DNA of 64,000 nt from an uncultured Acidobacteriota bacterium (GCA_963843385.1 CAWJJY010000007.1:566028-630027); one strand, 5' to 3'. Counted from the stretch's first letter, positions 29,264-38,831 are shown. Numbers and translations are program-made. The notes: generated from the sequence alone by a model not told the origin.

Positions 29264-29436
29264 GGCACCACCTCGCGAGGCATGAAGTCCCGAGCACCAG
29301 GCAGCAAGCGCCCGCGCCACGATTCGGTTGCGGCTCTAATCGGCCAACAGCCTCGTACATTCGCTGGCGAGGATGCCAACACGATGCTTCCGCGATCGGT
29401 ACGAATGAGCGCCGCCCGGTTCTGCTGGAGCGCTGA

Positions 29437-29523
29437 CACGTCGTCACGCGCGGTTGTCACGCGAGCACGTCGTCACGCGAGCCGTCACGCGAGCATTGAC
29501 ACCGTGCCTTTCCGTCGTATGAT
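29437..29523 (+). promoter_or_regulatory. array of GTCACGCG(AGC) direct repeats abutting a TTGACA-N16-TATGAT promoter upstream of the SSF transporter gene
   Basis: Boxes start at 29443, 29456, 29472 and 29484. The 14-mer CACGTCGTCACGCG occurs twice, at 29437 and 29466. TTGACA lies at 29496-29501 and TATGAT at 29518-29523. The ATG is at 29641. Confidence 0.45.
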
Positions 29524-29640
29524 TGGCCCGGCGGCGCGCGCTGATTGCTCGTGCAAGGCCGATTTCACGCCCCCAGCATCACGACCGTTTGCCACGTCAC
29601 GTTCGGCCCGGCGTTATCAGCCTGGCCTTTTCCGACGAAC

Positions 29641-31122
29641 ATGAACACTGGCATCCTCATCGCGGTACTCGCCTACGAACTGCTCGTGACGGTTGGCCTG
29701 GGCCTGTGGCTTGCGCGTCGCGAGGCTCGGGCCGTGCGCGGGGAGGGCGAGTTCACGCTGGGCGGTCGAAGTCTGCCCGTCAGCATCGTCGCGGTGACAT
29801 TGGCCCTCACCGTTCTCGGCACCGCGCACATCCTCGGCATCTTCGAGATGTCGTGGTTCATGGGGGCCGCCGCCGTCTGGTTCGGCCTTGCGCACGTCAT
29901 CCTGCTGGTCGTCGTGTGCCTGGCGACGGGCGTCTGGGTTCGGCGCCTGAAGGCAACCACGGTGCCCGAAATCCTGGAACGGTTCTACGGGAAGGGCACA
30001 AGGCTGGCCGTCAGCTGCGTCATGGCGGGCGTCATCTTCGGGATTCTGACGCTGGAAACCCAGGGAGTGGGGATCGTTCTCTCCGTCATGACGGGGTGGA
30101 GCATCCGCACCGGCGCAATCGTCGGGGGAGTGCTGGGGGTCTGCTATGTCGTGTTCGCCGGGATGAAGGAGGTCGGCTGGATCAACCTCGTCAACGCGGT
30201 CGTGATGTATGTCGGGATCGTGCTTGCGACTTTCGTGCTGGCCACCAGGCTCCCCGGCGGGGACTTTCACGTCGTCGCGGACTACTACCGGCAGTCGGGC
30301 GCCGAGTACATGTTGAGCATCTATGGCACGCCGCAAATCCTGTTGACCTTCGCGCTCGGAACCGTCGTGGCTGTAGTCTTCAGCCAGGGCATCAACCAGA
30401 TGCTGCTGCAGCCGGCGATGTCGGCTGACTCGGAGTCGTCGATCCGAAAGGCGCTCTGGATCGCAGCCCCGGTCAACGGCCTGTTCGGCGTGTTCACCGT
30501 GGTGATCGGACTCACGGCTAAAGCGATACCCGAGTTCCACGCGCTCGGCCCAAAGGTCGCGGCGACGACCATGATCGTGCAATACCTGCCAGGCTGGCTG
30601 TCGGCCCTGGTGCTGGCGTCGTTCCTCGCTGCCATCCTGTCGACCTTCGCGATGACGGCGCTCAGCCCGGCCACGATCTTCAGCATGGACATTTACAAGA
30701 ACCTGTTCAATCCGGGCGCGTCCGAAGCCCAGATCACGCGGGTTACGCGAGCGGCCATCGTGGTGCTCGCGGCGATCGCGATGGGGGTGGCGGCCTTCCT
30801 TCCGCCAATCCTGGCGGCCATCAATTGGCTGTTCGCGTGGCTGGTCCCGGTGTTCTGGATTGTCGTGTTCGGATTCCTGTGGAAGCGCAATGCCACGACG
30901 GCGATGGCCACGCTGCTGGCGGCATGGACTGCGAACTCGGCCTGGTCGTTCACCTCGCTCCCTGCGGTACTGCACCTGGCCGAGATTCCGAATGCCTATG
31001 TCACGCTGGCCGTCACGCTTGTCGTCAGCGTCGCGATGAACAGCTTCCTCGGCGGTGAACCCGGGTATTTTCGATCGAACGAATATCGGGCGCATCTGGC
31101 CGCGCCGTCATCCGGGGCATAG
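29641..31122 (+). CDS. sodium:solute symporter family (SSF) transporter
   Basis: A polytopic membrane protein of about 493 aa with an SSF-type N-terminus (ILIAVLAYELLVTVGLGLWLAR...FTLGGRSLP). I use the ATG at 29641 within ORF 29545..31122. Confidence 0.8.
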   Translation: MNTGILIAVLAYELLVTVGLGLWLARREARAVRGEGEFTLGGRSLPVSIVAVTLALTVLGTAHILGIFEMSWFMGAAAVWFGLAHVILLVVVCLATGVWVRRLKATTVPEILERFYGKGTRLAVSCVMAGVIFGILTLETQGVGIVLSVMTGWSIRTGAIVGGVLGVCYVVFAGMKEVGWINLVNAVVMYVGIVLATFVLATRLPGGDFHVVADYYRQSGAEYMLSIYGTPQILLTFALGTVVAVVFSQGINQMLLQPAMSADSESSIRKALWIAAPVNGLFGVFTVVIGLTAKAIPEFHALGPKVAATTMIVQYLPGWLSALVLASFLAAILSTFAMTALSPATIFSMDIYKNLFNPGASEAQITRVTRAAIVVLAAIAMGVAAFLPPILAAINWLFAWLVPVFWIVVFGFLWKRNATTAMATLLAAWTANSAWSFTSLPAVLHLAEIPNAYVTLAVTLVVSVAMNSFLGGEPGYFRSNEYRAHLAAPSSGA

Positions 31123-31252
31123 TCGGGTCGCTCGCGCGCCTTGCACCGAGATTGGCCGAAGTGCCAGCCGCGGAACGGGATATGGGTGGGCGCCGCGCGC
31201 GTTGCCTGGTGCGTAGCCAGCGCATTCGCGCATTGCCGACAGGAGAGTGAGT

Positions 31253-31351
31253 GTGTTCTGGAAGATTCTTCTCGAGAGCGTGTCGGTCATCGCGGCTGCC
31301 ATGGCGATCGGCTGGCTGATCACGAAGTTCAGGCCGACTCCGCCGCGTTAG
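31253..31351 (+). CDS. candidate small hydrophobic peptide (32 aa)
   Basis: A GTG is preceded by AGGAGAG. The product VFWKILLESVSVIAAAMAIGWLITKFRPTPPR would form a single TM helix. It is below the ORF-track size cut-off and has no homology support. Confidence 0.25.
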   Translation: MFWKILLESVSVIAAAMAIGWLITKFRPTPPR

Positions 31352-31450
31352 GGACGTCATGAGATTCATGAGGCACATTGCGGCCGCGCTGCAGAGGAAG
31401 GGGATTCGTTCGGCCGGGCGCTCCAGCCCGGCAGTCGCGGAGACATGCGT

Positions 31451-31555
31451 ATGGAAGAGCTGACAGTCACGCGGCTCTGGATGGCCGGCGTCGTCGGGAT
31501 GATGCTGGTGTTCGTCGCCTTTGCCCTGATCGGCGTGTACCGCAAGAAGCACTGA
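31451..31555 (+). CDS. candidate small membrane peptide (34 aa)
   Basis: An ATG is preceded by GGAGA. The product MEELTVTRLWMAGVVGMMLVFVAFALIGVYRKKH has a single TM helix with a basic tail. It has no homology support. Confidence 0.3.
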   Translation: MEELTVTRLWMAGVVGMMLVFVAFALIGVYRKKH

Positions 31556-31739
31556 TCCGCCGGAGCTGACGGTGTCTGCTCATCGACGCTCGTGTCCCGA
31601 AGCATGAACCCGACGCTGGCGGCCAGGCTGGCGTTCGTAGAGTCGTTCTCGCCCGGTCCGACTCGTCCGCGATGATGCTCCGAGGTCCCACACGGCATGG
31701 TGAAGGGCTGCTTGTAGACGGCGGAGAGCACATCGTAGG

Positions 31740-32267
31740 ATGAATCGCATGACGCAAGAACTGGAACTGGACTGCCTCGACCAGTTGGAAGCGACCCCCG
31801 CGATCCTGCGCGGGTTGTTGTGCGACCTGTCGGTCGAAGATACCGAATGGAAGCCCGCGCCCGACCGCTTTTCGGTAGCCGAAGTGCTCGCGCATCTTTC
31901 CCATTCCGAGGGCCACTGCTATCGAACACGCGTGGACCGGTTCGTGAGTGAGGCACTGCCGGAGTTCGAGCCGGATGATGCGCAGATGTTCCTGGAGTTG
32001 TACCGCAATGCCAATGCGGAGGATGCCTTCGGCCAATTTGAAGAGCAGCGCGAGACCAACGTGAAGTATCTGCGGACCTTGTCGCGAAGCGCCGGTGAAC
32101 GGCGCGCGAGGCACCAGGAGGCCGGAGAAATCACCCTGCAACAGATGCTGCATGAGTGGACCATGCACGATCTGGGACATATCCGGCAGATCGCCGAGCT
32201 GGTGAGAGCGCGAAAACACTTGCAGGCAGCGGGAAGACTGGGCGATAGCTATCGCCTGAAACCATAG
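31740..32267 (+). CDS. DinB/YfiT-superfamily protein
   Basis: A four-helix-bundle His pattern is present (AEVLAHLSHSEGH ... HEWTMHDLGHIRQI). Confidence 0.7.
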   Translation: MNRMTQELELDCLDQLEATPAILRGLLCDLSVEDTEWKPAPDRFSVAEVLAHLSHSEGHCYRTRVDRFVSEALPEFEPDDAQMFLELYRNANAEDAFGQFEEQRETNVKYLRTLSRSAGERRARHQEAGEITLQQMLHEWTMHDLGHIRQIAELVRARKHLQAAGRLGDSYRLKP

Positions 32268-32282
32268 GGCCGCCGCTGTCTT

Positions 32283-32576
32283 CTACGAGACCTTCTTTAC
32301 GATTTCAGAGAATTCACTCTCTGTGAACGCCCTCATCGTCGTGGTCTTGGCATTGCCCTTCGAGGCGATGGAGAGCGCGGTGGCGGAAGCCACCTCGTCG
32401 CTCGGACCTTCCGTCACAGCGACGATGTCGTATTCGCCCATCGTGACGTAGAGGCCAAGGACCTTTCCTCCCATCGATTCAGTGAGCTTCTTGGATGCGG
32501 CGAACCGGGCAGGGGCATTCTTCACATCCTTGGCGCCTTGCTCGGTCCACTTGAAGAGCGTCACATAGGTTGGCAT
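32283..32576 (-). CDS. GYD-domain protein
   Basis: MPTYVTLFKWTEQG...MGEYDIVAVTE... and a length of 97 aa are typical of the GYD family. Confidence 0.8.
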   Translation of the reverse strand: MPTYVTLFKWTEQGAKDVKNAPARFAASKKLTESMGGKVLGLYVTMGEYDIVAVTEGPSDEVASATALSIASKGNAKTTTMRAFTESEFSEIVKKVS

Positions 32577-32704
32577 CGGACACCTTCTTTCACTGCGCTG
32601 TTTACGGCATTATCCGACTCAGACGGGATCCCCACCTGGGCTCCCAGCCCGAGGCGAGCATACACCCCTTTGTCCCGCGCGCGTTGCCTCGGCCCGCCTT
32701 CGGA

Positions 32705-33862
32705 CTACTTCAGCGCTTCCTGACCGCCGAATCGGCGATACGGCGTCAACTCGTCGAGCGCGATGCGGTCGTCACGCGACTCGTTGTGCAGCAGCATGCG
32801 CGTGAGCAGTTTCCCGACGCCCGGGCCGAGCATGTACCCCTGGCCGCACATCCCGACCGCCTGGATGTAGCCCTCGAGTTCGTTCGAGCGGCCGATGATC
32901 GGCGACCCGTCCGGCGTCATCGGGTAAAGGCCCCGCCACGTGCGCCGCACCTTGATGTTGGCGAGCTTCGGCATCAGGTCGACCATGCGGCGGGCAATCA
33001 TCGGAAGATAGGTGGACGTTTCGCGCCGATCGGTGCCGGCGATTGGCGGATCGGGCGTGATGCAGAACACGATCCCGCCTGGCTTGTGCTGGTAGAAGTA
33101 GTAGTTGGCCGACCCGTCGGCCGGCCTGATGTCCACGACCATCGGGCGCATGAAGTCCGCCACCGGTTCCGTGATGCCGGCTTCGTGGCTGTCGGGTACA
33201 ACCGGAACGTCTTCGCCGGCCATGGCGGAAACGCTCTGCGCCCAGGGCCCTGCCGCGTTGATGACGGTCTCGGTCGCGTATCCGCCCTTGTCGGTTCGGA
33301 TGCCGACCACCGTGCCGCGGCGCCGGATGAGGCCGGTCACACGCTCGTTGAATCGAAACGTGACGCCAAGTTCGACTGCGCGGCGATGGAACGCATGTCC
33401 GGACAGCATCGGCGACGCCGATCCGTCCTCGGGTGAAAAGGTTCCGCCTCGCAACCCGGCCCGGTTCAGGTCCGGAACGACCTTCAGCAGATCCTCACAA
33501 TCGAGCCAGTTGATGTTCAGGCCTGCCTGCTGCTGGATGCGGAGGAGCTTCTTCAGCGCGATCTCCTCGCGCTCGCGGTACGCCACGAAGACATAGCCGC
33601 CCTGCGCCCACTCGATGTTGTCCCCGTGCGCCTGTTCCCAGGTTGAAAACACTCGGAGAGACTCCAGGCACAGGTGAATCTTGGCCGGAGTGGAATGCGT
33701 GGCGCGGATTCCTCCGATGGCGGCCTTGTTGCTCCCTTGACCGGCGCTCGGAAACTGGTCGATGACCAGGACGCGGACACCCTCTTCCGCCAGGAACACC
33801 GCGGTCGGAAGCCCCACGCTGCCCGCGCCGACGATGGCGACGTCGAAGGTCTCGGTGGACAT
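32705..33862 (-). CDS. FAD-dependent oxidoreductase, beta subunit of the opine/sarcosine/proline-dehydrogenase type (DAO family)
   Basis: The start reads MSTETFDVAIVGAGSVGLPTAVFLAEEG (a GxGxxG motif). The ATG at 33862 shares one nt with the stop of the upstream 2Fe-2S gene (TGATG). The remainder of ORF 32705..34561 upstream of this ATG is not this gene. Confidence 0.8.
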   Translation of the reverse strand: MSTETFDVAIVGAGSVGLPTAVFLAEEGVRVLVIDQFPSAGQGSNKAAIGGIRATHSTPAKIHLCLESLRVFSTWEQAHGDNIEWAQGGYVFVAYREREEIALKKLLRIQQQAGLNINWLDCEDLLKVVPDLNRAGLRGGTFSPEDGSASPMLSGHAFHRRAVELGVTFRFNERVTGLIRRRGTVVGIRTDKGGYATETVINAAGPWAQSVSAMAGEDVPVVPDSHEAGITEPVADFMRPMVVDIRPADGSANYYFYQHKPGGIVFCITPDPPIAGTDRRETSTYLPMIARRMVDLMPKLANIKVRRTWRGLYPMTPDGSPIIGRSNELEGYIQAVGMCGQGYMLGPGVGKLLTRMLLHNESRDDRIALDELTPYRRFGGQEALK

Positions 33863-34194
33863 CAGAGGCCTCCCTTGTCGGCATCGGTGGCGTGGCGCCG
33901 TTCGACATCCCTTGGCGGGCCCCCATCGGTGATCACGCCCGCAAACGCGCCAAGCGGGACCTCCATGAACAGCGGCCGTCGCGTCAGCTCGGTAATCTGG
34001 CTGACCGGCACGCCCTCCTCGCGGAAGATCCGCTTGATCAGGTTCGGGCAGGTCTTGCCGCCGCAGGCGCCCATGCCTGCGCGGGTGGCGGCCTTGAGCT
34101 GGTTCAGGTCTCGCAGCCCGCCACGAATGAGCGAGCGAATCTCTCCAGCCGTCACCCGCTCGCAGCGGCAGACAATCTGATCGTCGGGCAGCTC
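33862..34194 (-). CDS. BFD-like (2Fe-2S)-binding small protein or domain; 5' end unresolved
   Basis: ...DDQIVCRCERVTAGEIR...AGMGACGGKTC... is the BFD-like [2Fe-2S] signature. No canonical start codon lies just upstream in this frame. Confidence 0.65.
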   Translation of the reverse strand, partial: ELPDDQIVCRCERVTAGEIRSLIRGGLRDLNQLKAATRAGMGACGGKTCPNLIKRIFREEGVPVSQITELTRRPLFMEVPLGAFAGVITDGGPPRDVERRHATDADKGGL

Positions 34195-34228
34195 GCCGGC
34201 CGATACCGCACGCGGAATCGGCCGCCCA

Positions 34229-35996
34229 CGGCTCCTGCACGCGGATGCCGGCGATGCGCGTCGCGATATCCCGCGGTGCCCGCACGCGCACGAGCAGGCA
34301 GCGATCGGCGATCTTCGCGGCGCGCACCCGCGCAACTTCGACGTTGCCGATGATCGCCCCTTCCGTGTCGAGCACGGTCACGACGTCGCCGGCCTTGATG
34401 GACTTCGACCGTGAACTCGTGCGGGATCGTGACGATGGGGTTCGCCGGATCCTTGCGGGCATCGACCAGCGTGACGGCGAGGCCCGGGCAGATGGCCACG
34501 CACTTCTCGCACGCGTCGCACTGCTCGCCCACGAACTCGGGCAGCCCGCACAGATCATCACCCTCGATCCGGATTCCGTCGTGAGGGCAGATCGACGTGC
34601 AGGGGTTGCACGGGATCTCCTGGGAGCAGTGAAATACCGGAAACGCGCCGCTCGGATCCGCCGGGATGTCTTCGGTCACCGTCGCGCCCGGCCTGGACTT
34701 CAGCACCTCCGCGATACGATGCCATTCCGGCGGGACCTCGCCCACGTCGCGGCCGAGCGCGCGTGCGATCTCCAGCCCGCGGATTCGGCCCGTGAACATC
34801 GCCGCCGACGCTTCAGCAATCTCCTCCGAGTCCCCCGCCGCGTAGACGGGGAGCCCGAATTCCTTCGCCTTGTGCACGAACTCATCGACAGGATCCAGGC
34901 CGACCGCGACGAGCACCGTATCGCACTGGAACGTCTTCTCGGTTCCGGGAACCGGTTTCCACTTGTCGTCGACCCTGGCGATGGTGACCGACTCCACCTC
35001 CTCGATACCGTTGGCGCGGAGAACCGTGTGCGAGGTGAAGACCGGGACGCCCATGCGGACCAGCTTGTCCTTGTGCACCTTGTACCCGCCGCACTCGGGC
35101 AGCGCTTCGCACAGCCCGGCGACTTCGATTCCCGCCTGCAACGCGTGGTAGCCGGCGATGAGGCCGACGTTCCCGCCGCCGACGATGAAGAGGCGCGAGG
35201 CGGAGCGAACCAGGTCGCGGTTCACCAGCGTCTGGAACGCACCGGCGCCGTAGACGCCCGGCAGCGTATTGCCGCCGAAGACGAACGACTTCTCGCGGGC
35301 GCCGGCGGCGACCAGCAGCACCTGGGGCCGCAGGATGAAGTAGTGGCCGTCGCGAAGGACGCCGACACGCCGGTCCGAGAAGACGGCGAGCGCGGTGCTG
35401 TTCAGCCAGACCTTCACGTGTTCGAAGGCGCGGACCTCACTCTCGAGACGGGTGGCAATGTCGATGCCGCGGGTCCCCGCGTGGCACGCGTCGATGGACC
35501 CGAAGAACTTGTGGGTCTGCAGGACCAGCTTGCCGCCAAGGCGGTGCTTGTCGTCCACGATCACCGTGCGGACGCCCGCGCGCGCAAGCTCGATCGCCGC
35601 CGTCAGGCCCGCAGGCCCGCCGCCGATGATCAGGCACTCGGTCTCGATCGTTTCAATGTCCCGCATCTCCAGCCCGCCTGCGACGTCCGGCAACACGGGC
35701 TTGCCGTCGAGCGGTTCGACGCGCATGCCGGGCAGGACCGGGGCCATGCAGGACTTCACTGGAAGGCCGTCGGCCACAACGGCACACTGGGCGCACTGGC
35801 CGTTGGCGCAGTAGATGCCTTGCGGGGCGCCGTCCTTGTGGTGGTGGCCGAAGACGCGAACGCCGTTAGCAAAGAGCGCGGAGGCGATGGTTTCGCCCGG
35901 ACGGCCCGCGAGAGTTTGCCCGGCCCATGTGAACGCGAACGGCACGATCGCCGGCACGGCGAGGATCGGGTGCTCGTGAATCCGCTGATCGGTCAA
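34229..35996 (-). CDS. alpha subunit-type flavoprotein: N-terminal 2Fe-2S (Fer2_4-like) domain, FAD/NAD(P) pyridine-nucleotide-disulfide oxidoreductase and 2x[4Fe-4S]. The reading frame is broken near 34400 and again near 34220
   Basis: Motifs include YCANGQCAQCAV...SC, IIGGGPAGLTAAIELA, IVGGGNVGLIAGY and C..C..C...CP / CDACEKCVAICP. After ...TIPHEFTVEV the sensible sequence continues in another frame (KSIKAGDVVTVLDTEGAIIGNVEV...AGIRVQEP). Confidence 0.7.
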
Positions 35997-36205
35997 GAGG
36001 GATCACTCCTCGTCTCTGGGGCGAGTTCAGCGGCGGCTTGACCCGGGAGTGACGAAGACCGTGGGACCCAGGAGATCACCGCGTGGTTCGTGTCGGGAGG
36101 GGGGACCAGGGTGCGTGCTGGCCGAACCAAACAGCCCGCAGTCAGACACTTTATCAAACTCGGCCGGCGGAAGTCAGCTACGAGCCGGGCCGCCAGCCGT
36201 GCGCC

Positions 36206-37207
36206 CTACATCGTGAGTGCCATGACCGCCTTGCAGGTGTGAAGGCGGTTCTCGGCTTCGGGGAACACGCGAGACTGCGGGCCGTCGAGCACCTGGTCGC
36301 TGACTTCGTTGTTACGGTCCGCCGGCAGACAGTGCATGTAGATGGCGTCCTTCTTCGCCAGCTTCATGCGGCGCTCGTCGCAGATCCAGCTCTTGTACTG
36401 CTTCGAGAGTTCGAGGGCCTCCTGCGGCTTGTGGAACAACTCCTCGATGCCCCATGACTTGGCGTACACGATGTCCGCACCGCGGCACGCGTCGTCCATG
36501 TCGTGGGTGACTTCGAATGTGGTCCCGTGTTCCTTGGCGGCGGCCCGGGCGTACTCCATCGGGCCCTTCATCAGCTTCCACTCGGGCGGGTGGGCGAGGA
36601 CCACATCGAGGCCGAACCGCGGCATCAGCGTGATGAGCCCCTGCGGGACCGACATCGGCTTGGCGTAACTCGGCGCGTAGGCCCAGGTCACCGCGATCTT
36701 CCGGCCCTTCAGGTTCCGCCCGAACTCCTCGCGAATCGTCATGAGATCCGCCAGGGTCTGGAACGGGTGGTCGATGTCGCACTGCATGTTGAACACCGGG
36801 ACCCGGGCGTGTTCGGCCACTTCGCGCATGTAGGCATTGCCCTCGCCGGGGACCAGGTCGTGCCGGATCGCGATGGCGTGCCCGTAGCTCGAGAGAATGA
36901 TGCCCATGTCCTTCGGCGACTCGCCGTGTGCGACCTGCGAGGTCTCCGCCGAAATGAAGTGGGCGTGCGCGCCGAGCTGCGTGGCGCCCGCTTCGAACGA
37001 GTTGCGGGTTCGCGTCGACTTGTCGAAGAAGAACAGGAAGACCGTCTTGTCGGGAAGATACCGGTGCGGCCTGCCCGCACGAAAGGCCTTCTTCAAATCC
37101 GCAGCCGTCTTGAGCGCCAGATCGATCTGCCTGTCGCTCCAGTCCCTGGATTCGATGTAGTCCCTGCCTCGAACCGTGTCGGGCAGCTTCAGTCGTTTCG
37201 CTGGCAT
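36206..37207 (-). CDS. ygeW: YgeW-type (knotted) carbamoyltransferase
   Basis: FFFDKSTRTRNSFEAGATQLGAHAHF...SQVAHGESPKD...IAIRHD parallels E. coli YgeW. The ATG is at 37207 within ORF 36206..37450. Confidence 0.85.
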   Translation of the reverse strand: MPAKRLKLPDTVRGRDYIESRDWSDRQIDLALKTAADLKKAFRAGRPHRYLPDKTVFLFFFDKSTRTRNSFEAGATQLGAHAHFISAETSQVAHGESPKDMGIILSSYGHAIAIRHDLVPGEGNAYMREVAEHARVPVFNMQCDIDHPFQTLADLMTIREEFGRNLKGRKIAVTWAYAPSYAKPMSVPQGLITLMPRFGLDVVLAHPPEWKLMKGPMEYARAAAKEHGTTFEVTHDMDDACRGADIVYAKSWGIEELFHKPQEALELSKQYKSWICDERRMKLAKKDAIYMHCLPADRNNEVSDQVLDGPQSRVFPEAENRLHTCKAVMALTM

Positions 37208-37230
37208 GTGCTGATCCTCGTGCTCGCCGG

Positions 37231-38427
37231 TCAGGCGCGAGCGCTGTAGACACCCGGAAACGCGGCGTACCACGCCGCAGCCTTCACGAGGTGCTCGATC
37301 GGAACCTGCTCGGTCGCCATGTGCGCGTAGATTTCGTTGCCCGGCCCGAACCCGATGCAGGGGATGCCGTGCATGCCCATCACCGCGACCCCATTGGTGC
37401 TGAAAACCCAACGCCCGACGACCGGTGGCTCGCCGAACATCTGCCGGCACGTGTCGACGCCCGCGGTCAGCAGCGGATGCCCTTCGGGCAGGAGCCAGGT
37501 CGGGTAGTACTTCTTTGTCGGATACGTCAGGCCCCGCCAGCTCGGCACGGCGTAGTCGAGCACCACGACCTCGGCTCCTGCCGACTGCACGCCCGGCAGC
37601 GCCTTGATCTCGGCGACCGCCGACTCGAGCGTATCGGTCGCAGCCAAACGCCGGTCGAGATGGATCGTCGTCGAGTCGGCGACGGCACAGAGCGACGGGG
37701 AGGTCGATCGAATCTCGGAGATGGTGACGGTGCCCTTACCCAGGAACGGCTCACCGCCCAGCCGGCCGTTCAGCCGCTCGATGTCCCCGACGATCGGGGC
37801 CATCTTGTAGACCGCATTCACGCCGCGCTCGGGCGCCGACCCGTGGCACGACACGCCGCTTGTCCGCACCTCGATTTCCATCCGTCCGCGGTGACCCCGA
37901 TAGACTGCGAGATTGGTCGGCTCGGTGATGACGACCGCCTCCGGTCGAAGGCCATCCTCGTTGATGATGTACTGCCAGCAGAGCCCGTCACAGTCCTCTT
38001 CCTGCACGCTGCCGACCACCCAGACCGTGCAGTCGTGCTCGACGCCGAGTTCCTTGATGATCCGCCCTCCGTAGACGATGGAGGCGAGAGCGCCCTTCAT
38101 GTCGCAGGCGCCGCGCCCGTAGATGATGCCGTCGCGCTCTGCGCCCTTGAAGGGGTCGACTGTCCAGTTCGCCGCGTTGCCGACGTCGACCGTGTCGACA
38201 TGGGCGTCGAGTGCGATGACGCGGGGGCCGCTCCCGATCCTCCCGAGGATGTTGCCCATCGGATCGATGCGGACCTCGTCGTATCCGCTGTCGTGCATCT
38301 CCCGCTCAATCCGGCGGATGACCTGCTCCTCCTGCGAACTGACCGATCGAATCGCGATGAGATCGCGCAGGAAGCCGGCCACCTTCCGTTCGTGTGCCTT
38401 CGCGCGCTCGAGAATGTGGTTCAGCAT
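37231..38427 (-). CDS. ygeY: YgeY-family selenium-metabolism-linked M20 hydrolase
   Basis: Extensive colinearity with E. coli YgeY as I recall it (IDPMGN.LG.IG.GPR..A.DAH.DTV, VQEEDCDGLCWQYII, VYRGHRGRMEIEV..GVSCHGSAPERG, FSTNGV..MG.HGIP.IGFGPG). Confidence 0.92.
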   Translation of the reverse strand: MLNHILERAKAHERKVAGFLRDLIAIRSVSSQEEQVIRRIEREMHDSGYDEVRIDPMGNILGRIGSGPRVIALDAHVDTVDVGNAANWTVDPFKGAERDGIIYGRGACDMKGALASIVYGGRIIKELGVEHDCTVWVVGSVQEEDCDGLCWQYIINEDGLRPEAVVITEPTNLAVYRGHRGRMEIEVRTSGVSCHGSAPERGVNAVYKMAPIVGDIERLNGRLGGEPFLGKGTVTISEIRSTSPSLCAVADSTTIHLDRRLAATDTLESAVAEIKALPGVQSAGAEVVVLDYAVPSWRGLTYPTKKYYPTWLLPEGHPLLTAGVDTCRQMFGEPPVVGRWVFSTNGVAVMGMHGIPCIGFGPGNEIYAHMATEQVPIEHLVKAAAWYAAFPGVYSARA

Positions 38428-38468
38428 AGACGGTCGTGCTCCCCTTGGTCAGATGGCGTCGAGAACGT

Positions 38469-38774
38469 TTCGTCGAGCGGGTGACCGGGCGTCGAACACC
38501 TGGGCGACCGGCAGGCCCCCTGAGCGCGCGGGAGTCGTCGGCGAGACCAGACGCGCCAGCGACCGCGAGCTTCGGCCGCGCGTCGAAGGGCCAGACACCA
38601 GTCGCACAGGCAATCCCTGACGGCCGACCAGCGTGTCCGATGCCCGGGCAGGACCCGCGAGACGAGCCCCGGTTCTTCGTCCCGGAAACCGCCCACGCAG
38701 GCGATCTACCGCCTCGACCGACGATCGCTGCTAGTCGTCCAGGTGCCTGACGCTCGGTCACCCGCCCGACGAGC
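38469..38774. repeat. 306-bp element bounded by about 25-41-bp imperfect terminal inverted repeats (a MITE or a long structured RNA) in the cysK-like/ygeY intergenic region
   Basis: TTCGTCGAGCGGGTGACCGGGCGTC (38469-38493) matches the reverse complement of GACGCTCGGTCACCCGCCCGACGAG (38750-38774) at 22 of 25 positions. Complementarity continues inward (CACCTGG / CCAGGTG). Confidence 0.5.
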
Positions 38775-38831
38775 CCGACCACCGGTCACCGCCGCGAGCC
38801 GCCAGCCTCCAGCCGAAATGGCGCCAGCAGG

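Noticed and set aside
34148-34161. GTCACCCGCTCG, identical to part of the 38469-38493 inverted-repeat arm, as a possible third copy of that element.
   Set aside because: The match is only 12 nt, lies inside coding sequence, and has no partner arm.
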